Position numbers and translations under genes: made by a program. A stretch of 39,702 nt of DNA from a virus (lineage: Duplodnaviria > Caudoviricetes), in IMG/VR virus record IMGVR_UViG_3300034523_000228, positions 1-39,702 of that record, one strand, 5' to 3'. Numbering within the stretch: position 1 is the stretch's first letter; each line of letters opens with the position of its first letter. Below, one piece after another: positions 26,516 through 36,339 of the stretch. Under the pieces are notes generated by a model. The model ran no database searches. It was not told where the DNA came from and was given only the letters and a program-made list of their open reading frames with translations.

Positions 26516-27354
26516 GCATAGGCTTTCGTGTGGTCAATGATTGGGGAAACCTCTCTGTTGACGAGAACAACCCTATCTTCATTGCCGTGGACGAGGGAGC
26601 TGGTGCTGTTACAAACGGGGGATGGCACAACGTCCAACTGTTCGAAGATGAGGGGGACATCGGGGGCGAGGGGATATTTTTGGAGTACACGTTCTTCGGC
26701 ACCTCGACTAGCCCAACCCCGCCGCTTGTTTTCGCCAGACCTAGAGGGGTTCGGGCTGAGTCTCCGACCTGCATAGGCTACTGTGCCGCAAAGGGGGCTC
26801 CTGGTGCATGGACTGGCGTGGTCATCGCATTTACCGTGATTCACCTACCTGGCGAGGGTTCGTCGCTTCCGCAGATATACAACCGGCTTCGCGACTCCAT
26901 GTGCGAGTTCCTGGTGGTTTCGCCTGATGGCTACATTTCAGGAGAGACCCACGGCATACGTGTTTGGGCTCCGGGTGCTGGATCGGTGGTCTTTGACTCT
27001 GGCAACAACGCAGTCAGCTACAAGCGTTCCAGTGGATCCTGGCAATACCTTGGTCGAGACCAGGTACTGCGAGATCAGTATTTCGAGCACTGGATCGGTA
27101 CGGACGGTTTCAGCGCCAGTACTCGAAACGAGTGGGTGCTCGTCAGTTCTATCGGGACTGGTTACTTCATGCGTTACAACGGCGAGATCGCTGGGAGCCG
27201 TATCTATGTACCTGGTAATCCCTCCATGCCGATGGAGCGGAAAATTCTTACCGGGCGATCCGGCACCCTGATCCACATGCCACTTCTCTATATCGAAACC
27301 CGGCGACCAATAGAGCAGGGAATTATCCTGCCTCCTGGCAACGGACCCTCCTAA
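26512..27354 (+). CDS. Tail-tip accessory or putative receptor-binding protein
   Basis: GTGA coupled; repeated GFRVVNDWG / GIRVWAPG..VFDS motif; lower GC. Confidence 0.6.
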   Translation: MSIGFRVVNDWGNLSVDENNPIFIAVDEGAGAVTNGGWHNVQLFEDEGDIGGEGIFLEYTFFGTSTSPTPPLVFARPRGVRAESPTCIGYCAAKGAPGAWTGVVIAFTVIHLPGEGSSLPQIYNRLRDSMCEFLVVSPDGYISGETHGIRVWAPGAGSVVFDSGNNAVSYKRSSGSWQYLGRDQVLRDQYFEHWIGTDGFSASTRNEWVLVSSIGTGYFMRYNGEIAGSRIYVPGNPSMPMERKILTGRSGTLIHMPLLYIETRRPIEQGIILPPGNGPS

Positions 27355-27378
27355 CTCCCTAGAAAATCAGGAACTTTC

Positions 27379-29187
27379 ATGGCATCCCATATCTATCGTG
27401 CTGGGACGGTGTCTATTGCTGCCGGGACAAAAGTGGTTACCGGTACCGGTACTGAGTGGCTGGCGAATGCCGCGCGAGGTGATGTCCTCGTGGTCGCCAG
27501 TGGCCAGTGCTTCGAGTTGGTCACCGTAGAGTCGAACACGCGGATCACTATCGATGCACCGCCGGCGGCAGAGGTGGCCAGCGCCCCGTACGTCCTGCTC
27601 CGGTTCGTCACCAACCAGGGCGTGCTGGATCTGCTGGAGAAGATCGAGGAGTTCCTGGCCGATCGCCAGGTGAGCCTCGATGAGTTCAGTGCGTGGGCGA
27701 CTGGAACCGCCGACGGGGGGCCGAACAGCGATGGCAAGTACCCGCTGACGGATCGCTACGGAAACGTCACGCTGGCGGAGTGTCCGGCCAAACTGGCAAA
27801 AATCGCGGGCGAGGGAGCCGGCGGTGGTGGCACGGGCACCGTCAAGCAGTTGAATGATGTCATTCCGGACGCTGATGGAAAGCTGACGGTGACTGCTGGC
27901 GATGTCGGCGCAGCAACCAAAGAGCAGGGCGAACGCGCTGATTCCGCAGTTCAGGTCGCGACGGCCAGGCTGTATCGACCGCTGCTGACCGATGTCTTGG
28001 TGCTGGGGGACAGTCGCGCCTTCCAGTGTACGAAGGGCAATGTCGGCTTCGCGGACTGGGCGGTGATCGAGACCGGGGGGCTGGCAGCGTTTCCGCTGGC
28101 CCTGAACAAAGGGATCGATGGCAACACCACCGCCCAGATGCTCGCGCGTCTCCAGAATGACGTGATAGCCAACTCCGCGGCATTCGACGTGCTAGTGCAT
28201 TTCGGGACCGGGAACGACCGGCTCCAGGGGATGTCGCTGGCCCAGACCATTCGAAACCTCGAATACCTGTACAGCGAGCTGATTCGCCGAGGGAAGATCG
28301 TGATCGCGATCGCAGAGACTCCGGTGAATGGGGCCGGTATCGGAATCACCGAGCAACAGGTGGCCGATCACTTCGCAGTTCACGCCTGGTACATGAACGT
28401 CGCTCCCAGCTTGGGAGTCATTGTAGTGAATCCCTGGGATGAGATGGTCGACCCCGCGTCGGGAGACCGCTACTGGCCGAAGGAGGGGATGACGGGAGAC
28501 GGCTTGCACCCAGCTCCGGTGGGGGCTCGTATCATCGGTCAGCATGTGGCCGCTGCGTTGCGCCGACTGTTCACCATGCCGGCGCCTCTCCCAACCGCGA
28601 ACGTCGCCTATCACGCAACGCTCGCCCCAGGTGGCAGCCTGATCGCAAATTCCCTGCTCGATGGGACAGGCGGCACGCTCGGAGCGGGAAGTAATGCCTC
28701 TGGCACGCTGGCCAATGGTTGCACGTTACTGGGCTCCAACCTCAACGGGCTGGCTGTTGCAGCGTCCAAGGAGACTGCCACCGTCGGCGCCAAGCAGGTG
28801 CTGAGGATCACAGGCACGCCGACTGGCACCCAGCCGACGCTGACGCTCGAGCAGAGCGTTGATGTCAGCAAGGTCGCTGCCGGACAGAAATTGCGGGCTT
28901 TGGCCGGCTGGGAGTTCAGCAGTGTGAACGCCAGTGTGCTGCAGGTTGCGCTACAGATCGTTGCGGTTGTCGGTGGGAATACGGTGGTGGCGCAGATCGG
29001 CCAGAGCCAAGAACTGACGCACACGCTGCCCATCGGCTCTATGGCGGGGACTCTGGTAACGCAGGTGCTCACGCTTTCTGCGCAACCAAGCAGTCTGAAA
29101 CTGCTGGTATCCGTGGTGTTCAAGACCGGGCTTGGCCAGGACGCCACCATCAAGCTGCGCCAGATGGATCTGGCGAAATTGTTCTGA
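27379..29187 (+). CDS. Tail fibre/spike with SGNH-hydrolase domain and C-terminal beta-sandwich
   Basis: Fibre-type N-terminus (YRAGTVSI..VVTGTGTEW); SGNH blocks GDS, GIDG, GTGND and DGLHP. Confidence 0.88.
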   Translation: MASHIYRAGTVSIAAGTKVVTGTGTEWLANAARGDVLVVASGQCFELVTVESNTRITIDAPPAAEVASAPYVLLRFVTNQGVLDLLEKIEEFLADRQVSLDEFSAWATGTADGGPNSDGKYPLTDRYGNVTLAECPAKLAKIAGEGAGGGGTGTVKQLNDVIPDADGKLTVTAGDVGAATKEQGERADSAVQVATARLYRPLLTDVLVLGDSRAFQCTKGNVGFADWAVIETGGLAAFPLALNKGIDGNTTAQMLARLQNDVIANSAAFDVLVHFGTGNDRLQGMSLAQTIRNLEYLYSELIRRGKIVIAIAETPVNGAGIGITEQQVADHFAVHAWYMNVAPSLGVIVVNPWDEMVDPASGDRYWPKEGMTGDGLHPAPVGARIIGQHVAAALRRLFTMPAPLPTANVAYHATLAPGGSLIANSLLDGTGGTLGAGSNASGTLANGCTLLGSNLNGLAVAASKETATVGAKQVLRITGTPTGTQPTLTLEQSVDVSKVAAGQKLRALAGWEFSSVNASVLQVALQIVAVVGGNTVVAQIGQSQELTHTLPIGSMAGTLVTQVLTLSAQPSSLKLLVSVVFKTGLGQDATIKLRQMDLAKLF

Positions 29188-29196
29188 GGACATTGC

Positions 29197-29673
29197 ATGA
29201 TCGACTCGCGCGAAACGCAGGAGCAACTCCTGCACCGGGTGCTTCAGGGAAACCTGGATGCGATCCGATTCTGCGAAACCCTATTCGAGATTTCGCAGAC
29301 CCTGGACGACATCGTCGATGGCGATAAGGCCCTCACTCCACAGGAGGTCTACGGCGCATTCTGGTTGGCGTTGGTCGAACTGCCCGTGAACCCTTTTTAC
29401 CGCCACTTCGAGCACTTCATACGCCCCCTGATGGCGGCTGCCCTGCAGGATTGGCGCGACAGCGTTGTGCTTGAGCGCAGTGGTGATGAACACGGGCAGA
29501 CCTTGGCGTTCGTCCTGCGGGACCAACTCACCAGTCTGGTGGTGCAGTGTGCGTATCTCATCGGTGGGGCTGCCTGGATGGTCCAAGTGTCCGAAGGCAT
29601 CCGCCGGCACTTCCACGACGAACCGCTGGCGGACTACATCCAAGACCTGAGTCGGAACCGAGGTGCTCAATGA
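29197..29673 (+). CDS. All-helical protein with DDxxD motif at the head of the ejection genes
   Basis: GAGGA RBS; TLDDIVDGD and LPVNPFY. Confidence 0.75.
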   Translation: MIDSRETQEQLLHRVLQGNLDAIRFCETLFEISQTLDDIVDGDKALTPQEVYGAFWLALVELPVNPFYRHFEHFIRPLMAAALQDWRDSVVLERSGDEHGQTLAFVLRDQLTSLVVQCAYLIGGAAWMVQVSEGIRRHFHDEPLADYIQDLSRNRGAQ

Positions 29674-30368
29674 GCGGAAGTAAAGGCAAGAGCAGCAACA
29701 CAGTTTCGGACACGCCCGAACAGCGCTATGCCGCGCAGGTAGCCGCTGAAAAGTGGAACTACGCCCAGGAGCGTCTGGCACCGGTCGAGAACGCCTATAT
29801 GGGCCGGGTTGACCAGATGGGCTCGGGCGGGAACATGGCGTACGTCCGAGGTAAGGCCAACGCCGGCACGCAGCAGGCACTCAGGGCCGGTATGGAGCAG
29901 GTAACCCAGGGCGTGACGCAACAGGCGGGGGTCAATCCAAATAGTGGCCGCTACACCGGAGCCATGGCCGATCTTGCCGATGCTGCGGGAGCTGGTGGCG
30001 GCGACACGATGGCGCGAGCCCAGTTCGAGCAGAAAGCTCAGCAGGTTGGAGGGCTCAGCAACCTGGCAGCCATCGGCCAAGGACAATCCGGACAGGCTCA
30101 GGCTGGCCTGAACACCGTAGCGAACCAGGCCGCCCAGGATGCCCAGAGTGCGGCCTTCAACCGCTTCAACCGAAAGAGCGCGAACCTCCAACTTGCAGGT
30201 GCTGCGCTGGGGGCCGGTGCTGCAGGGGCTCAGTACGGGCTACAGAACTGGAAGTCGACGCCGGCCAGTACCAGCGTTGCTCGTTCCGGTGTACTGAACC
30301 CCGAGGGGCTCAACGGCAAGCAGTTCGACACCACCCAGTACGGGGTTAACTTCGGGAGTTATGCGTGA
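29670..30368 (+). CDS. Putative internal virion/ejection protein 1
   Basis: A/G/Q-rich, no Cys from ATG 29670, C-terminal GAALGAG segment. Confidence 0.65.
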   Translation: MSGSKGKSSNTVSDTPEQRYAAQVAAEKWNYAQERLAPVENAYMGRVDQMGSGGNMAYVRGKANAGTQQALRAGMEQVTQGVTQQAGVNPNSGRYTGAMADLADAAGAGGGDTMARAQFEQKAQQVGGLSNLAAIGQGQSGQAQAGLNTVANQAAQDAQSAAFNRFNRKSANLQLAGAALGAGAAGAQYGLQNWKSTPASTSVARSGVLNPEGLNGKQFDTTQYGVNFGSYA

Positions 30369-30784
30369 TGCCTTACTACGTAGATCCGAACGCGGCTTTT
30401 GCCGGAAATCAAGGGGCTTCGACGGTCCTTGGTCAACTCAGCCGAGCACAATGGGATGACTGGAAAGCCCGGTTCCAGCCCTACGTCGACAAGTTGGCGA
30501 ACCTGGCGACAAGCGAAACCTACGCTGGTGAGCAGGCTGCCCAAGCTGCCAGTTCCGTCAACGCCTCCTACGACAACACCGCGCGCGGCTTGCGCATGCA
30601 GCAACAGGGGATGGGCCTTTCGCTGACTCCAGCGCAGCAGGCCGCCCAGGATCGGAAGCTGCAGATCGGCCGTGCAGCGGCATCCGTGGATGCAAGCAAC
30701 AACGCCCGCATCTCCGCCCGTGACCTGCAGGAGCAGATCATGGCTGGCGGCCTGGGTCTTTCTGGCCTGACAAAGCAAGGGTGA
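30368..30784 (+). CDS. Putative internal virion protein 2
   Basis: A/Q-rich; coupled start. Confidence 0.65.
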   Translation: MPYYVDPNAAFAGNQGASTVLGQLSRAQWDDWKARFQPYVDKLANLATSETYAGEQAAQAASSVNASYDNTARGLRMQQQGMGLSLTPAQQAAQDRKLQIGRAAASVDASNNARISARDLQEQIMAGGLGLSGLTKQG

Positions 30785-30788
30785 CGAC

Positions 30789-31037
30789 ATGGCATACGGA
30801 CTGATCGGACTGAAGCAGCAGATGCAGGGCGAAGCGATGCAGGGGCTATCCAGCCTCGCGCAACAGCAGCAGCAGGCGAAGGCGGCAGAGGATGCCATGA
30901 ACCAGCAACAGCAGGCGAATCGTCGACAGGGCCAGGTGGGCATGGCGACGACCGGGGCAATGATGGGCTCGGCATTCGGCCCCGTTGGCACTGCGGTAGG
31001 GGCTGGCATCGGCTTAATCGCCGGTTCGTTGTTCTGA
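30789..31037 (+). CDS. Putative internal virion protein 3 (glycine zipper)
   Basis: GAMMGSAFGPVGTAVGAGIGLIAG. Confidence 0.7.
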   Translation: MAYGLIGLKQQMQGEAMQGLSSLAQQQQQAKAAEDAMNQQQQANRRQGQVGMATTGAMMGSAFGPVGTAVGAGIGLIAGSLF

Positions 31038-31048
31038 GGGGGGATGAT

Positions 31049-32593
31049 ATGGCAGGGCTTGATAGTCGCGGGGCGATGGACGGGTTCGCCCAAGGGTATG
31101 GGCTGGTGATGGGAGCGTTGGGCCAGCGCGATCAGATGGAACTGAGGCGTCAGCAGATCGCCGACCAGGCGGAGGAACGCCAGTATCAGCGGGGCATTGA
31201 TGCGCAGCGGCTCGACATGAGTCGTGAGCAGATGCATTACCAGCGCGAGCAAGATCAGCGGAACTTCGATACCCAACAGGCGAATCTCCAGTACGCCCGG
31301 GATCGAGATCAGCGTGAGTTCGACATGCGGAATCAGCAGTTCCGGCAGAATTATGGGCTACGGACCGCAGAGCTGCAGTCTGCCAACCGACGCGCCGAGG
31401 CACAGGCACAGTTGGTGGAGCGGCGCATGCAACGGGAGGAAAAGGCGCAGCAGAGAGAGGACGATCAGGTCCAACTGAAGTCCGCCTACGCACGCCTGGC
31501 TATGGGGGAGCAACCGTCTGAGGACGACCTGGCGGCCTTCAAGCGCAACCCGTGGGCTGATCCAACTCATGTCCTGAGCCCACAGATGCAGGGCGACATC
31601 CAGCTCGCTGGCCAGGCGTTCATGGGGGAGGCGGATCCGAACAGTCCCGAGGGGCTGGCGGCGATGAACCGGATGTTCGGTCCTGAGGTGAACAAGGGCC
31701 GTGGAGGGAAGAAGGCCATTGCGGGTGTTTACCCTGGCCGCACCCCGGGAACGGTGGTGTTCGACCTGGCCGTTACGCGAGACGACGGCAGCACCCACAA
31801 CGTCCCTTTGACGAAAGGCCGCGGAACTGCCGATGACGACGACCACGACGTTCTGGAGGTTCCAATTGAGCGCCTGGTTGACCGTGTTTCCGGCTACCGC
31901 TTGTTGAACGGGGCGCTCACCAGTACGCCGGAACTCCAGCAGCGGGTCGCACAGTTCGGCCGGCAGATGGGGTTGCTGCCCGATGCCGGCGGGAAGCCGT
32001 TGCCGTCGTTCGTCCAGAAGTCCGAGGACAAAGACCTCGAGGCGCTGGCCGGGTCAGCAGGTATCAACGAGCAGCTCGGCCGAATTGTCGGACAGATCGA
32101 TTCGGGCGCGCTTGAACTGGGGCCACTCAGCAACCGGCTGTCGGAAGCCCGAAACTACCTGGGAAGCAGCACCGATCAATCTCGGAACTATGCCTCGCTG
32201 AACTCCACGCTCGAGACGCTGCGTAATGCCAGTCTGCGCCTGAATGCGGGCGTACAGACCGACGGAGATGCCAAACGAGCGTGGAACGAACTCATCACCA
32301 ACATCAACGACCCGGCGCTGGTGAAGCAGAGGATTCAAGAGATCACCGCGCTGAACGACCGTGCAGTGGAACTCAAGACCAACATGATCAATCTGCGGCG
32401 CCGGAACGCCCAGGCGCCGGAGTTGGATGTCACCTCGGTTGTCCCCCAACTGGGCATTCCGAAAGAACAGAGCCGGCCACAGCCGACGCCTGCTCAGCAG
32501 ATCGTGCGCGTAGCCTCGGATGAAGACTACAACCGGTTGCCGTCTGGCGCCGTGTTCATCGACCCCCAAGGGAATCAGCGGAGGAAGCCGTGA
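31049..32593 (+). CDS. Putative ejection protein 4
   Basis: Q/R-rich coiled coil; ends YNRLPSGAVFIDPQGNQRRKP. Confidence 0.7.
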   Translation: MAGLDSRGAMDGFAQGYGLVMGALGQRDQMELRRQQIADQAEERQYQRGIDAQRLDMSREQMHYQREQDQRNFDTQQANLQYARDRDQREFDMRNQQFRQNYGLRTAELQSANRRAEAQAQLVERRMQREEKAQQREDDQVQLKSAYARLAMGEQPSEDDLAAFKRNPWADPTHVLSPQMQGDIQLAGQAFMGEADPNSPEGLAAMNRMFGPEVNKGRGGKKAIAGVYPGRTPGTVVFDLAVTRDDGSTHNVPLTKGRGTADDDDHDVLEVPIERLVDRVSGYRLLNGALTSTPELQQRVAQFGRQMGLLPDAGGKPLPSFVQKSEDKDLEALAGSAGINEQLGRIVGQIDSGALELGPLSNRLSEARNYLGSSTDQSRNYASLNSTLETLRNASLRLNAGVQTDGDAKRAWNELITNINDPALVKQRIQEITALNDRAVELKTNMINLRRRNAQAPELDVTSVVPQLGIPKEQSRPQPTPAQQIVRVASDEDYNRLPSGAVFIDPQGNQRRKP

Positions 32594-35500
32594 TGGCTGC
32601 ATGGGAGGAAGCCCCTCTAATTGGTGGCGGGAATGGCCAGTCTTCTGGTACTGCCACTGCCGCTCGCCCTGCATGGGAGTCTGCGCCCTTGGTAGACCGG
32701 GAGCCGCAGCAGCAGAAGGGGCTGATGGATACCGTCAGGAACCTCTTCACTGGAGAGGATAGGCAGACCAGGGCTACCCAGAAACTTCCTGAGCTCCAGA
32801 ACTCTGGGTTGTTCAAGGGGCTGGATATTCCAGCAGGGCAGCAGGCTGCCTTATTTGCGGCCCTGCCCACCACGACTGATGCTGGTGAGATCGCGAAAAT
32901 GCTTCGGGCGAGTTCGCCTTACATTGGGGTCTCTCAGGATGAAAAAGGGAACCTGATAGCCGCCAACAACAAGACCGGCGTGCAGGCGGTGATCAACAAG
33001 CCTGGGCTGAGCGGGCTAGACGTGGCGCAAGCCGCTGGTATTGGGGCCGCGTTCACCCCCGCAGCGCGAGGGGCATCCTGGGTTGGTGGTGGACTGGGGC
33101 GCCAGGCCATTGCCCTGGGGGCGGGATCTGCAGCGACTCAGGCTGGAATCGAAGGGCTGCAGCAGGAAGCTGGTGGGGATGTTGATGGGGGAGAGATAGC
33201 TGCTGCTGGCGCCCTGGGCGCTGCAACCCCGGCTGTCGCCAGTGCTATTGGTGGTGTCGCCGATACCGGACGGAGGGTGCTGGCCGCTGCGCGAAACCCG
33301 GCGGCCGGTCCGAACGCGCAACTCGTTCAGCAGGCTGAGCAGGTCAACGTGCCGCTGATGACGTCGGATGTCTTTCCACCCCAGACGTTCATGAGTCGGA
33401 GTGCCCAGATTGCCGGCGAGCGGATTCCGTTCGCGGGGACCGGAGGGGCGCGGCAGGCCCAGCAGGACGCTCGCGTAGCTGCAGTCGAGGGGCTGGGAAG
33501 ACGCTACCCCCAGCCGGACCAAGATCAGTTGATGGACAGTTTGACGGAAAACGTCGGTCGGCGCCGCCGTGCGGCAGGTGAGAGGATCGGTCGGATTGAA
33601 CAGCAGTTGGACACTGTTGGCCCTGTCCCGTACACGCGAACCGAGCAAGCTGTGAGCGATGCGATCGCTGAGCTGAATAGACCAGGCGTAGTTGGAAGTG
33701 CTGAGGCCACAAACGAGCTGCGACAGTTCATGGATACGCTGAACTCGGCCCCTCAGACCTATTCAACTCTTCGCGAGAACAGAACGGCTTGGCGAGATGT
33801 CGTGAACTCGTTCGATGGCGCGGCCAGGAGTCAACTTCCGAGCCGCGCAAGAGCACTGATGTCGCGCGTCTACTCTGCGCTTAGGGAGGATATGGACGAA
33901 GTTGCCAGCGCCAATCTGTCCGCCCAGGAACGTATCAAACTGCGCCGGGCCAACATCGCCTATGGGGAAGAGGCAGGGCGGGTTTCGAACACCAGGCTCA
34001 AGTCGGTGCTGGACAAAGGCGAGATGACTCCAGAGTTGGCAGAGAGCCTGCTGTTCAGCAGAAAGCCGAGTGAGGTCAGAAACCTCTATCAGAGCCTTGG
34101 TACTGAAGGGCGGCAGGCGGCAAGAGCGACGATTATTCAAAAGGCAATTCGCGATGCTCAGGGTACCGAGGGGTTGTCCCCTGACCGTTTCCTGAACAAC
34201 ATCCGCAAATTGGAAACGCAGACCGGCGTGTTCTTCCGGGACGCTGATCGTCGCCAGTTGGAGGGGTTGCGCCAGGTTCTCGATGCAACTCGTCGCGGCG
34301 GACAGGCTGGGGTGCAAACCGCAACTGGGCAGCAAACCTACAGCATTGGGGCCGCTACGGCTGCCGCTACCGCGGGCTTGAAGGCAATCCCTGTTGCGGG
34401 CGCCATAGGTGGGTTTGCTCGTCTCTACGAGAGCGCTCCCGTGCGCAACGCCTTGATCCGGCTGGCCGAGAATCCCAATACGGGGGCGACGGTCGCCCAG
34501 GTCAGGGAACTGGCTGCAACTCTTTCCCCCTACTTCCAAGCGTTCCAAGCGGCGGGCGGGGATAGCGACAACTCCGAAGCTGTGGCGCCCGTAGGTGAAC
34601 AGCAGCAGGGTGTAGCTGCTCCGATTGAGATGCCGGCAGTAGATACGGCGCAGCCTTCTTCGGGAGAGGAAATGTTGCCGCCGGCGGACGAGCAATTGCC
34701 CGATGTGGAGCCTGCACAGGACCTGGAGCGCATCCCAGGCATGATCGAGGCTGGCAACATCGACCTGCATAGTCGTCCGATCGTCCGAAACGAGGATGGA
34801 TCGATCAGTACCGTGCGTTCTATCTCGGCCAACTTCGACGGCCGGGAGGTGCTGATCCCGACCGTCAGCGACGACGGACGCATCCTCACCGACGGGCAGG
34901 CCATTCAGCAGTACCTGAAGACCGGCCGGCACCTCGGTGTCTTCGACAGTCCGCAGGATGCAACCGCCTACGCACAGCAACTACACGACGACCAGGCGAA
35001 GGAGTACCTGCCTCAAGCTGACCAGCCGGTGCTTCGTGCTGACGGTATGCCTTTCGATGGTGCGGGCTCCGCCCGGGCGAGCCGGGCCTATCGGGAGGCG
35101 CTGGCACAGGGCCGCCGGCCAGAAGTGGTCAAGGTCGATGGCGGGTTCGCGGTGAGGACTTCGGGCGGAGACCTACAGCCGGGATCTGCGGTGGATCGCG
35201 CAGCGAGTGATGCGGCGATGTCGCCGGACAACGATCTGCCGGAGCCCACCGATGCCCAGAAGGAAGCGGGCAACTACCGCAAGGGGCACGTGCGTTTCCA
35301 GGGGCTCGATATCTCGATCGAGAACCCGCGGGGGTCGGAGCGCAAGGGGGTAGGGAAGAACGGGAAGGTCTGGTCGCACACGATGTCCGATCACTACGGC
35401 TACATCAAGCGCACCAGCGGGGCGGATGGTGAACAGGTCGACGTATACCTCGGTCCACAGGAACATAGCGACCGAGTATTCGTCATCGACCAAGACGACC

Positions 35501-35679
35501 AAAAGGGAGGGTTCGACGAGCACAAGGTGATGCTCGGCTATTCGGATCGAGCGGCAGCGGTCAAGGCCTACCGCTCCAACTTCGACAGGAGGTGGAAGGT
35601 AGGAAAGGTGACTCCGATGTCGATGGCGGAGTTCAAGCGCTGGCTGAAGGAAGGGAAAACGGATCGGCCGATGTCGTAA
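32593..35679 (+). CDS. Large ejection-type protein with C-terminal inorganic-pyrophosphatase-like domain
   Basis: A/G-rich membrane-like segments; QKEAGNYRKGH..ISIENPRGS..HYGYI..GADGEQVDVYLG..FDEHKVMLG. Confidence 0.8.
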   Translation: MAAWEEAPLIGGGNGQSSGTATAARPAWESAPLVDREPQQQKGLMDTVRNLFTGEDRQTRATQKLPELQNSGLFKGLDIPAGQQAALFAALPTTTDAGEIAKMLRASSPYIGVSQDEKGNLIAANNKTGVQAVINKPGLSGLDVAQAAGIGAAFTPAARGASWVGGGLGRQAIALGAGSAATQAGIEGLQQEAGGDVDGGEIAAAGALGAATPAVASAIGGVADTGRRVLAAARNPAAGPNAQLVQQAEQVNVPLMTSDVFPPQTFMSRSAQIAGERIPFAGTGGARQAQQDARVAAVEGLGRRYPQPDQDQLMDSLTENVGRRRRAAGERIGRIEQQLDTVGPVPYTRTEQAVSDAIAELNRPGVVGSAEATNELRQFMDTLNSAPQTYSTLRENRTAWRDVVNSFDGAARSQLPSRARALMSRVYSALREDMDEVASANLSAQERIKLRRANIAYGEEAGRVSNTRLKSVLDKGEMTPELAESLLFSRKPSEVRNLYQSLGTEGRQAARATIIQKAIRDAQGTEGLSPDRFLNNIRKLETQTGVFFRDADRRQLEGLRQVLDATRRGGQAGVQTATGQQTYSIGAATAAATAGLKAIPVAGAIGGFARLYESAPVRNALIRLAENPNTGATVAQVRELAATLSPYFQAFQAAGGDSDNSEAVAPVGEQQQGVAAPIEMPAVDTAQPSSGEEMLPPADEQLPDVEPAQDLERIPGMIEAGNIDLHSRPIVRNEDGSISTVRSISANFDGREVLIPTVSDDGRILTDGQAIQQYLKTGRHLGVFDSPQDATAYAQQLHDDQAKEYLPQADQPVLRADGMPFDGAGSARASRAYREALAQGRRPEVVKVDGGFAVRTSGGDLQPGSAVDRAASDAAMSPDNDLPEPTDAQKEAGNYRKGHVRFQGLDISIENPRGSERKGVGKNGKVWSHTMSDHYGYIKRTSGADGEQVDVYLGPQEHSDRVFVIDQDDQKGGFDEHKVMLGYSDRAAAVKAYRSNFDRRWKVGKVTPMSMAEFKRWLKEGKTDRPMS

Positions 35680-35744
35680 TAGTGGCCAGGGCGGAGACTC
35701 GGAATTACACTTCAGTCTCCCTCTGGCCATCATGGAGTGCGGAA

Positions 35745-36302
35745 ATGCAACGGAAGGCGATAGTCCCCTTGATCGCAATGCTCGTCGGTTTGTCTGGTTG
35801 TGCGAACGAGTGGCAGCGGCTTGGCGCCACAGCCCAGGACCTCAGCAAGGATCGCCTGGAGTGCGATTCCCTGGCCCGCACCGGCCTGAGCTCAGTCTAT
35901 GCTCACGCACCGCAATACGGTGCCAGTGGGTCGAAGAAGGCGGGGATGGCCATAGGGGCGTCACTGGATCGCCAGCAGATGTTCGCAGACTGCATGGTGA
36001 GCCGAGGTTGGTCCCGCGCCGGGGAACCAGCCGAGCAGGCATCAGCGGACAAGCCGTTCGTTCGGTATGCCCTCAATCTGAAGACGTCTCCTGTAGAGGT
36101 CGTTCGCGTCGATCAGGTTCCTCAGTGGCTCTACGCCGCTCCCATCGAACGCAGCCCGGTTGTTCTCCAGATCAAACAGCCGACTTATTTTTCCGTACTC
36201 GCTGAGACCGATGATATGTATCGGGTAAGGAGCGCTCGCGGAGATTTGGGGTGGATTAAGAAGAGTCATGCGAAGACGTCAGCGTCAGTGATCTTCAACT
36301 GA
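35745..36302 (+). CDS. Lipoprotein moron with SH3b-like C-terminus
   Basis: Lipobox LSG-C; DRLEC..CMVSRGW; LYAAP..SPVV..YRVR..GWI. Confidence 0.7.
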   Translation: MQRKAIVPLIAMLVGLSGCANEWQRLGATAQDLSKDRLECDSLARTGLSSVYAHAPQYGASGSKKAGMAIGASLDRQQMFADCMVSRGWSRAGEPAEQASADKPFVRYALNLKTSPVEVVRVDQVPQWLYAAPIERSPVVLQIKQPTYFSVLAETDDMYRVRSARGDLGWIKKSHAKTSASVIFN

Positions 36303-36339
36303 GTTTTGCCGTTAATCCTCTTTTTATAAGGGCTGTCTG

